Shown here: piece after piece, positions 19,853 to 29,359 of the stretch
Position numbering within the stretch: position 1 is the stretch's first letter
Layout: each line of letters starts with the position of its first letter
Origin: Dudresnaya verticillata
Lineage: Eukaryota
DNA: 64,000 bases
Reading direction: 5' to 3'
Assembly: GCA_977862235.1 (NCBI GenBank)
Contig: OZ374561.1
Span: 1,860,001-1,924,000 of the forward strand
Translations under genes and position numbers: made by a program
Notes under the pieces: generated by a model
What the model saw: the letters and a program-made list of their open reading frames with translations, nothing else
Databases searched by the model: none
Told to the model about the DNA's origin: nothing

Positions 19853-20983
19853 TCATTTTGCTCTGTCGAAGGCCTCTCTTTCAACCCGAACCCCCTCCTT
19901 GCAAATGAAAGTAGGCATGAACAACGACAACAAGAGACTGCGTTAGAATCTGACACGCTGTTCATCACTGCCTATATTCTCACGGAAAAAATACGTACTT
20001 CTCCATCCAGTACATACGCATATGTTACAACTTTGCTCCCTTGCACATCCATCAGCACAAAACTCGGTGGCGCCACTTTCGGGTCCGTAGTCGTATACGC
20101 ACCGGTCGCCTACGCGTTGAAATTAACGACTTCACCGTGTTCTATGTTAGATGATGTCAACTGGGCAACTCAAACGTTGCGCGTATTCACAATATACTTA
20201 CGGATCCGGGGTTCACATATAGTCCACCCTCTTCGCCTTGCCAGATCTCCAGATTCTGTGTGTGCCCGGTCACCAAGACATCAACGCCCATTTCTCTTTG
20301 GTACGCCAATTGTACAGTCACCAGAAGCAGTACGTCAATGTCGGAAATTGCAACAGGAAATATGTTAGTAGATCGTGTATGCATTTCCAGGGCCCAGCCA
20401 TGCAGAAATCATGATGACTCACCTGCGAAGCGATTCGATACCAATCTTGGATCCAGCTGGCATTACCTGATGGCCGTGGCAAATTCCGAACGCAAGGTTC
20501 CCAATGTTGACCACCGCCTTGGCTGGATAAGAAATCTAGCCATGAGATTCAACAACCAAACGCAAGACGTGACTGTTAGTCAGATGAGGAAACACTGCAC
20601 AGAGTCTTCCACGAGATACAAATGGTAGTTCACGAACCGAGTCCATGTCTCCTGCTACGATGTGCACATCTGGACTGATCGACCGCAAGTAGTCATCAAC
20701 TTCAGCGCTACACAAATTTCCTGTGGATAGCACATACTGAATCTTTCCAGGAAGAAGAAGCGTTTTAAACCGCTGTGCCAAACTAGGGGACCGATGCGGG
20801 ATGTGAAAGTCGCCAATTGCTAGTACCAGCTTGGCATCAGACAGAGCAATAACGGGGGCGCAGATGATAACAAGTCAGCTACTTGGGAACTTCGGCATCT
20901 CTTCATCGCGCATTAAAGTTTGCGTAGAAGACAAAACAGGCCGAGAGATGTGTGGAAAGAATTATGCATAAACATACAACCAT
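19853..20983 (-). CDS. VPS29: Retromer subunit VPS29 (6 exons, 5 introns)
   Basis: The spliced product reads MV|LVLAIGDFHIPHR..LLPGKIQ..TGNLC..GDMDS|..ICHGHQ..|..DVLVTGHT..YVNPGS|ATGAY..PSFVLMDVQG..DGE|EGVRVEREAFDRAK*. GT donors and branch-point-like motifs are visible. Confidence 0.92.
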
Positions 20984-21604
20984 AGCGCCCGTCCTCTGGG
21001 CTGACTGTGAGGACTCCCGATATCCTCCTCTCCAGCTACGCGTGAATCAGCGAACACAAGTGCCAGCCGCGAAATTCTGGAAGGAAACGCCACTCGCACA
21101 CAGTAAGCTCTTCAGCGATGGGCTCGAAGTAGCTGGTATTGAATGAGTATTGCAAGAGGGCGAGGGTGATGGGCATCACCCACGGTCAACAGAAGCTCTT
21201 GATGATGACGTCACGCCCCCGTCAGAGAAGAAGACGAATTAAGCTTTTTGTGGAACTCTTCGAAATACTTTGAACATTATTGTTGAATTGAAACATTTAA
21301 CAAAAAGCCAGTTAGGTTTAGGGATCATATGCTTCGTGCCATCGTGTCCACGTGTTCATCTATTCCACGTAGTGAACATCTGACCAATCGCAGCCCGGAA
21401 AGCACCGTCGACGGGCGGCGCGCGCACATGATCATCCGCTGTTGCGCTCATCACCATCGGGACCATGACCGGCGCCGCGACCCGCACCCATCGTCGTCCT
21501 CTAACACCCCCCCCCCCCCCCCCCACCCCCCACGCTTTCTCAGCCTCGCCTTGTTACAGAGAAGTGCGAAGTTTTCTGCGACTTAGCACGTCTATCGGTG
21601 TATT

Positions 21605-22140
21605 ATGGTAGGTCCGCCCGCGCCATGCCACACGAGGCCAGCTGCGCGCCATGACCGTCGCCACATGCGTGTGCCCGGATTTCTAACACGTTTCGCAACT
21701 CTCCGCTCAACCTTCGTCATCCTGTTTACCTCTACTAGGGTCGCGTTCGCACGAAGACCGTCAAGAAGTCCGCGCGCGTGATCATCGAGAAGTACTACTC
21801 TCGCCTTACGTTGGACTTCCAGACCAACAAACGTATCTGCGATGAGGTCGCCATCATTCCGTCAAAGCGTCTTCGAAACAAGGTAGCCGGTTTCGTTACT
21901 CATCTCATGACGAGAATCCAGAAGGGTCCAGTCCGTGGCATTTCTCTCAAACTGCAGGAGGAAGAGCGCGAGCGCCGCATGGACTTCGTGCCGGAGGTGT
22001 CGGCCATCGACACCGATGTCATAGAGGTTGATGCTGAGACCCGCGATATGCTCAAGGAGCTCGACCTTGCGAAGCTCCCTGGCCTTGTCTTGCAGCAATC
22101 TCAGACGGGACGCCGGCCGCGATTTGACAGCCGACGCTAA
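21605..22140 (+). CDS. RPS17: 40S ribosomal protein S17 (eS17); intron 21608-21738 directly after the ATG
   Basis: ATG|gtaggt..ctaac..tag|GGT CGC GTT CGC ACG AAG ACC gives [61 protein letters not shown]. Confidence 0.97.
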
Positions 22141-22320
22141 GGCTGATGTCTAAAGTGCACTGACGCTCGCAAGGCGATCGCCGAAGTTCTCCTAAAGCCA
22201 GTTGGAACTACGCTTGGAGGCTCGATGCGGGATGGCCCGTTCATTGTCAAACGCTTCGTGATAGACGTCTTGTTCAGCTTCCGTGTAAAAAGCATCGCGT
22301 GAAAGCTCTTGCCTGAACGT

Positions 22321-24153
22321 TTATTGCAGATCGTAGACTAATTTTGGATATAGTAGTACTTCCATATCCATCTCTTCCCACTGCTGCGCCTGTGACTTCA
22401 GCCGGGCAGAACGAGACGGTCGTTCTGGCGAAGGCCGTCTTTCCAACTCTCGCCTTTCCACTTGAGTGCTCTCCGCAACCGGAAGAGGTACATTCTCATA
22501 CCCAGAAGACGTCTGTTTGGAATAAGTTAGGTCATCACGGGCAACGGGGCTAACTGGGGTCCGTAGAACGTCAACGTCAAGCTCGGCACCAGGATCTGTT
22601 GAAGTGAGCGGAGCCCTGGATACCGGCCTTCGTAGTTCAGCAATCTCGGGAGTAGAGGGCGCCACTCCCAAAGCCTGTCCACTCAGCATATCCGTTTCGA
22701 TATCTAGCGTGGGCTCTAGAGCATCTTGTCCACCATCCTTGCCGCTGTTGACCTCACGATCAGGTGAATCATCTCGAGGTGGAAGCCCAAGTGAATTTGG
22801 CCGCCTCGGCACTCCCCGTCGTGGCTTCAGTTCTGCCTCTACCGCGGGTTCCTCAGGTTCGTTCGAAACATCAACAACACTTAGCTCCCCCAATTCCGAA
22901 ATAACATCATCTTTCTCCTTGGCCGATGCCTGCTCAATGGGAGACATTGGCTTCGGTCTGAGGGCCGGTACTTGAAGCTCCTCTGGATCCAGCACCGCGT
23001 CCCGAAAGAATGCGCTATTAGCCACGTCTTCAATTGCAGTAGTTGCGGCACGCGTATCTGCATGCTTTCCATCAGAACGTGCCGGCGGTTTGAGCAGAGT
23101 CGGCACTTCAACGCCCTCTTCTACAGAGGCATTATCCTGCTCGATATCAATCATAGGGCCATGCATCCCAACCCCGAACTCTTCCTTCATTACAGCGTAC
23201 GCTTCAGCAGTTTCCTCCTCTGAAAGACGCGTCCTAGGTTTCCCCTTGGTCGATACCTGCTCAATGGGAGACATTGGCTTCGGTCTGAGGGCCGGTACTT
23301 GAAGCTCCTCTGGATCCAGCACCGCGTCCCGAAAGAATGCGCTATTAGCCACGTCTTCAATTGCAGTAGTTGCGGCACGCGTATCTGCATGCTTTCCATC
23401 AGAACGTGCCGGCGGTTTGAGCAGAGTCGGCACTTCAACGCCCTCTTCTACAGAGGCATTATCCTGCTCGATATCAATCATAGGGCCATGCATCCCAACC
23501 CCGAACTCTTCCTTCATTACAGCGTACGCTTCAGCAGTTTCCTCCTCTGAAAGGCGCGTCCTAGGACGACTTCCCTTCTTCTTCTCATCATCCCCATTGC
23601 CAAACTCGAAAGCCGTCTCCTCGTCTTTACTCTCTATCCTCCCATCATCGTCACCCTTCAGGCTCTTCTTCGCTTGCTGCTGAGTAACGTATCGCTTTGA
23701 TCCTTTGATAGGCTTCCGTCCTTTTCCGCCGGTCCGTTCCAATAGAGTATTGAATACATCGTAGTCGGCTGGATCGATGACGTGCTTTACTGGAGTAGCC
23801 TCCGAAACTGCTTTACGGCCCTTGCTGCTCTTGTATTCACGACTCTCTAATCCCAACAGCCCCGCAAACTCTTCGTACTTCTGTTTCTCGTCAGGTTTCT
23901 GGCCAGCGTTATTAGCATCAACATTCGCAGTGCTGCCAGGGGGCCCTTCTACATTCAGCATTTGTGCGAAATCTGCGTACTCATCTTCCTTCGTAGCCCC
24001 CTCAGCTGACATCATCGGACTTACATAATTCCCTCGGACTCGACACGAATGACGTCTGGAAGAAGCTGCGCTTAGGAAGCATGACCTCCGTGGCGCTCTC
24101 AAGACAACTGCGGCAGCAGTGACCCATGCCACACTCGCCCCCGACCCCAGCAT
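22321..24153 (-). CDS. Acidic, probably disordered protein of unknown function with a transit-peptide-like N-terminus and an internal 109-aa duplication
   Basis: 627-codon ORF. The likely start is MLGSGASVAWV (~24153), with an alternative ATG at 24204. An Arg/Ser/Ala-rich N-terminus is followed by an E/D/P-rich body. No recognisable domain. Confidence 0.65.
   Translation of the reverse strand: MLGSGASVAWVTAAAVVLRAPRRSCFLSAASSRRHSCRVRGNYVSPMMSAEGATKEDEYADFAQMLNVEGPPGSTANVDANNAGQKPDEKQKYEEFAGLLGLESREYKSSKGRKAVSEATPVKHVIDPADYDVFNTLLERTGGKGRKPIKGSKRYVTQQQAKKSLKGDDDGRIESKDEETAFEFGNGDDEKKKGSRPRTRLSEEETAEAYAVMKEEFGVGMHGPMIDIEQDNASVEEGVEVPTLLKPPARSDGKHADTRAATTAIEDVANSAFFRDAVLDPEELQVPALRPKPMSPIEQVSTKGKPRTRLSEEETAEAYAVMKEEFGVGMHGPMIDIEQDNASVEEGVEVPTLLKPPARSDGKHADTRAATTAIEDVANSAFFRDAVLDPEELQVPALRPKPMSPIEQASAKEKDDVISELGELSVVDVSNEPEEPAVEAELKPRRGVPRRPNSLGLPPRDDSPDREVNSGKDGGQDALEPTLDIETDMLSGQALGVAPSTPEIAELRRPVSRAPLTSTDPGAELDVDVLRTPVSPVARDDLTYSKQTSSGYENVPLPVAESTQVERRELERRPSPERPSRSARLKSQAQQWEEMDMEVLLYPKLVYDLQ
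22912..23565. repeat. Near-perfect direct tandem duplication, 2 x 327 bp (22912-23238 and 23239-23565), in frame
   Basis: Identical shadow ORFs are offset by 327 bp (22972/23299; 23111/23438). I see only ~4 mismatches, all near the unit ends. Confidence 0.95.
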
Positions 24154-24840
24154 TTGCCCTTTCTGCAACTCCGGTATGGTTACAGAAACTTCCGGCTCCT
24201 GCATTTCAAAAGCCTGTTAAGCTGATAGGAAAGTAGTCCTCTACTACGGGGGGCTGCAAGTGCCCGCAATACCGCGCACCGGTTCGGACAGGAGTTGTTC
24301 ACAGCTCGAGTGAGCCCCAGTATCTCAAGGGCATTTGCATCTCTCAGCTCTCGACATTTCGACCCAGAAATTGTCTGGATCCTTTTAGTGTGGTCAGCTC
24401 GAAAGTACTGCAATAATTGACCTGCAGAGAGAAGCAGCCCGACCGACACGCTGTGAAATCCCGCGGAATCGCAGCTTTACGCAGTGCACAGACCTGCGGA
24501 CAAACAAGGTCGGCATTAAGACAGAGCGCCAGCTCCCTGGCGAGAAGGCGTCTCAGACAGAGCGTCGCCCACATGCGGAGCAAGACGACTCCAGTAATCC
24601 GGCACCCTATGTGTTCTAGGTTCGGTTGCGTCTCACGCAGTCTCATGCGCACGTCCGCTCAAACTAAGCCTTTAGTTGTTCCGATATTTGCTCTCGAACA
24701 TGTCGGGTTCTTCACATCAATGTCCAGCTGTCGATTTGGGTGAACGCCCCTTTGAACGTCACATATTGCGATGGTGTGCCAGGGCGCTCATTGGGCCCGT
24801 CGTCAGACTGTGTGGTTCTTATTTATTGAACCTCCGCCGC

Positions 24841-26696
24841 CTATCGCTCTGTAGTGGGTACAGGAGCAAATCCCTTCTGAGGCTTGACACGGCTTCTCAA
24901 AATATACAGCGCTAAGGAACCCACCACAATAAGGACCAATCCCCAGAAGGCGTTTCCAACAGTTAGAACCCACTGCCCTGATCTGTGCGCAACTGCCTCA
25001 TCGTGGTCGCATTCCTTTGCTATTCCGAACTCCAGAGGGTCGTAATGTACCAATGGTAACGAAATCAATACGCGACTCTCCCCAAACTTTCGACATGCGA
25101 ATCGAAACGTGATACGGACCTTCTCTCCTTCACGAATTATGATATTAGAGCTCGGAATACCAGACCACCCTAGCTTTCCCTTGCGACTAATAACTGGGTT
25201 TAAGGCGACCAATACGTCTGTTTGCTCCACAGTAATATGAACCCGCCCTATTTCAAGCGACGCATCCTTTGACTCAGCAGCTCCGTTCAAACTTCCATAA
25301 CTTAAAAAAACTGTCCAATCCGACTGATTGACAGGTAGATGAAGATGTTCGTCAGAGTGTGCAGTCCCCATATTGTTCATTGCAACCATATATCTGGGTG
25401 TAGCTTTTCCCAGGTCCACAATATCGGAGCCATCCTCCGTGCTCCCGATGGAAAGCTGCCGCGGTACAGATCCCCCGCATTCTATTAATAACAAGTCAAA
25501 GCGCGTATGGTGAGTTCCATGAAGAATTGTCAGTAGTGACATAATCTATGTACAACGCACGTTTTCAAGGAACAGAGAGTCTACGCTTTGATACACTTAC
25601 CTTTCTCCCAAGAAGCAGTGAGGTTTTGAAACGGCGGGATTCCAATGCTAGCGAAGATTTTGGAGGTACCCTTGCCAGTCAAGCACTCGTAGCTCACTTG
25701 AAACTCAGCTTCCTCCAGCCCCTTCAGGACTCCTCCGCTGGGGTGGTTACCTCGAACTGCGACCTCAACGATAGCCGGGTCCTCGCTGTACACCAAAGGA
25801 GCCAAAAAGACCTGCTGGGCACCGGCAACGAGAAGCTTTGTATAAACCTCTGTCGACTTGTCGCTGGGAACCACCGTATATGGCATATCGTTTTCCGTAC
25901 CAAACCTGTGAGAATCTGTTTCGCCAGTAGCATGATTTGCTAGCTTGTAGCCGAAGTCAATTTCGTTGTTGACGCCACTCAAACACTTCTTCACCCACAA
26001 CAGAGTGACAACACTGTCATCATCTGCAGTGAATCGTAGGCTCAATCTAAGGGAAAGAAAACCATTGGCATTCTCCCGGCATTTGTACAAAACAACAACA
26101 TCCACGGTGGACATGTCCAGCACTGCAGTGGCATCCAAGAGCTCACTATCAGCGTAGCTTGATGACGGGCCGAGTAATTCCAAGGATGGGGTGTGCTCAA
26201 ATGCCTCCTCGACGACTGCGCTCGGGAGCCTTGACACGATTTGGAAAGTGAGACGGTCGTTGTACTCGTCGTCCTGGAAGCATGCGGAAACATTGTGAAT
26301 TTGGTTGCTATTTCCTTCAGCTAATGTACAGCTGTTGAACCCTCCAACTAAAACGCTCTCCTTGAAGACAGCGGACGTAATCGGGCTGCCAAGGCCGGGC
26401 TTCGCAGTGTTGATGTAGACCGAAGCCAGGGGGCTCTCGTGCTTCTCTGCACCGGCAGTTCCACTATTCGTCGTATTGGAGCTGGTGGTGTTCTGCTCCG
26501 GAATGGGCGCGCCTTCCGCGGAAGTTGAATTTGCACTAGAGTCGCTTGGAGGCTTTTCGTCTGATGTGGTTGTCGCGTTGGTGGTTTCGCTCTGTCCATC
26601 TGATGCAGATGCATCGTGATCGTTGTCGCGCTCCTGAGCTAGTACGTAGGCGGTGAAGAGTAGGAAAAGTAAGGCGAACAAAGTATAGCGAAGCAT
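24841..26696 (-). CDS. Type I single-pass membrane protein with signal peptide and three Cys-bracketed repeats (2 exons; intron 25482-25600)
   Basis: Signal peptide MLRYTLFALLFLLFTAYVLA and an S/T/N-rich stalk with N-x-S/T sites. The splice GTAAGT..TAG joins WEK-ECGG. C-terminal TM FWGLVLIVVGSLALYIL, then a short basic tail. Confidence 0.8.
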
Positions 26697-27307
26697 GTTT
26701 TGATCCGCAGAAATGTGATTATGAAAACGGTGGAATGGAAAGGCCGGCACGACTCAAGCGCATCGCTGACCAACTACGAGATTTCTGTCGAATGGAGCCA
26801 GGGTTGAGCAGTAGTATGCTTGCTCAAGATGGCCGGATACTATAAAGGGACGGACTGTGGCTGACAAGGGATTGCCCCTGTCGGCAACGCCACGGAGTTC
26901 GCCGCCTTGAGTTTCTCGGGTTCGCCGATCGCGTCTTTGGAACAACGCTTTTGCCAATTGCGGAAACAGTGTAAGCATTTTTGGGCCTTTTTGCGAGAAT
27001 ACGGCCGCCTCATATTCTGGCCGCAGCTTGACGCTCTCCTGCCCCACCTGAAGCCTGCCCTCTCAGAGTTACCCCCAACACCAACACGCTTCTTGCCGCG
27101 GCGGTGACCACAACGTCATTCATCTTCGTCCCAAGCGATGAGTCGTTTCCATGGCTCCAAGGCATCCAGAACCTCATGTGCCAGTCGCAACACGTGGTGA
27201 GTGAAGAGTGATACTGGTGAAATGATTAGGTGGTAATTCCACTCCAGATATCTCAGGCAGAGCTCAATCATCCGCATGTATTGTCGTTCACTGTCATAAC
27301 GTTGGCG

Positions 27308-28360
27308 CTAAATGTAACGCTTCTCCGTCAACCATGCGGTACATACCGGATCGGTGTTGATCGCATGAAGGCCCTTTGAGACAAGATCTTCTCTAAGAGT
27401 CTCTGTGGAGATATGCTTCGGGCTCATCAAGTTAGACAAGTGCCATTCCACACGATCACCAACCAATCCACCCGACGGAACTCTCAGTTGCCGCGCCTCC
27501 GCAAGTGTTCGCCGGTAGTCATCTTCAGTATAGTGCCAGGGCAAGCTTGCCCCCAAACGATGAATTAGATGCAGAAGCACTGCGTCTCCCCCACCCTTCC
27601 AGTCCTCGTACCTTACGTCCACAACCGGTACAACGGTCCCTGCCTCAGTGATCAAGCTGTTCCGTCTCCGAATGAGAGCCTTACAAACTTCAGCCCACTT
27701 GCCCTCGCGCTCCCACTCGGTGCGATTCTTGGCAAACATTTTGTACGCTGAGACGGTCTCCTCACGCAAGTCGCGATAGCCCGTCACCAGAAGATCAACC
27801 TCATCCGCGAACGTTCGAGTGTGAAGCGACCCCACAAAGTCGTAGTACTGCTTTGCAGTATGCACCTTGACCAAAATCGATGTCCCCATCGTGCGCAGCA
27901 GCGCTATTCGGTCGTACTCCTCTAGCGTCTTGTTTTCAGGCACGAGTTTCGCAAGCATCCAATTGCTTGACGCTACAGTATTCGGGTCCCGAATACGCAT
28001 CAAAACCCGCAGTACGTTGAACACGAAAGTCGAACCCGTCCTCGGCGCCCCACCTGCGATGACAAAAATCGGCTTGGGCACCCCCGCCTTGTCTGGGTCG
28101 TGTGTCATAACACTCCCATCGGTATGTATGAGCGGCAGCGGAGCCGTCACAAAACGCCCTGCCAAAACTATCAAGGCATTGAAGGATAGGACTGTAACCG
28201 TGAGCATGCCAATCCCAGCGAGGGTGAGAATAAGTGCGGGGTTGCGAGCGAAGAGACCATGCGATGACAAAGCTTTGCGTATCGCACGTCCATCGAGCAC
28301 CGAGCCAAAAGAACGCGCGGGGTCCGTGGAGCGGCGAGAGCCAGACGAGAGAACTGCCAT
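27308..28360 (-). CDS. Type II membrane (Golgi-like) PAPS-dependent sulfotransferase
   Basis: N-terminal TM (LILTLAGIGMLTVTVLSFNALIVLAG), 5'-PSB loop IAGGAPRTGSTFVFNVL, LVKVH, 3'-PB-like YRDLREETVSAYK and VRYED. Confidence 0.8.
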   Translation of the reverse strand: MAVLSSGSRRSTDPARSFGSVLDGRAIRKALSSHGLFARNPALILTLAGIGMLTVTVLSFNALIVLAGRFVTAPLPLIHTDGSVMTHDPDKAGVPKPIFVIAGGAPRTGSTFVFNVLRVLMRIRDPNTVASSNWMLAKLVPENKTLEEYDRIALLRTMGTSILVKVHTAKQYYDFVGSLHTRTFADEVDLLVTGYRDLREETVSAYKMFAKNRTEWEREGKWAEVCKALIRRRNSLITEAGTVVPVVDVRYEDWKGGGDAVLLHLIHRLGASLPWHYTEDDYRRTLAEARQLRVPSGGLVGDRVEWHLSNLMSPKHISTETLREDLVSKGLHAINTDPVCTAWLTEKRYI

Positions 28361-29359
28361 TGTGGAAAAGACGGGCAGATAGTCTGTAGTCTGGCGCTGG
28401 CAGCCATAGCACTCCTAGCCGATGCGCCATTGCGTAGCATGAGTGCCAACGGCACGTTGGCAGGAATGCGAGAACAGGGACATGCGATCAGGGACCCATT
28501 TGCCGTGCAGCTAGCGTGGGCCACTTCCGTGCGCAGGTCTTATTGAGAAAAGGTTTTATCTCTGTTGGCCCTGTGGATGACCTTGTCTGATCCTTGAAGT
28601 AAACGAGAAAAAAACATCTCTCAAAAGCTGATAAAGCGAACGAACGGTACTCGTAAGTTGGGCAAGCTGCATAATATAAGCTTAGAAGACTAGAGAAGAG
28701 AAGTTAGGACCCGAACAACTTGACGCATCTATTTTTAAGGCCATTCTCGGTCCAATGTCACTAGAACAGTTCCGAAACTAATGAGTCCAAAAGCCTCTGC
28801 ATAGATCTAGTCTAAACCATCCGGTAACAGTTCCAATTTTGTGTCTCGCCTTTCACCCTTGATGCATCCGACCTACATATGACTCTCACAGATGCAACAG
28901 GATATTGGTAGAATATTACCGATGTCATGGAACGTTCAATTATGTTCCCCCAACGTTTCTTGAGGTATTTTTCATTCCGACTATCCTTGCACACATCTCT
29001 TCTGAAAGTCTTGTTGTCAAATTTCGTGGCGGTGCGAAGCAGGAACTCAAGGAAATGGTAGAAAGGCCTGAGTACCCACGTAATTCATTGGTACACTGCA
29101 AGCAAAACTTGTGCGTAACCTCTGGCTTTTCTGGCTGTGGGTATGCCCCCGTGATCAGGTAACCCAGGTTGTATTTCCAATCTCACTCGTATTCTCGTAG
29201 AAGGCTCGTCCCTGGTCAGAAGGCTTCGTACACCCAGCCTATTTTCAATAAGAACGCCGCATTCTAAGGACGTGGGAAGGCTTTCAACTCTTCCAGCCTT
29301 TGAGAGCATCCAGGCTGAAGGAAAAGCAGTGCAGGAGGGAAGCCTCCGCCTCCTCCACT

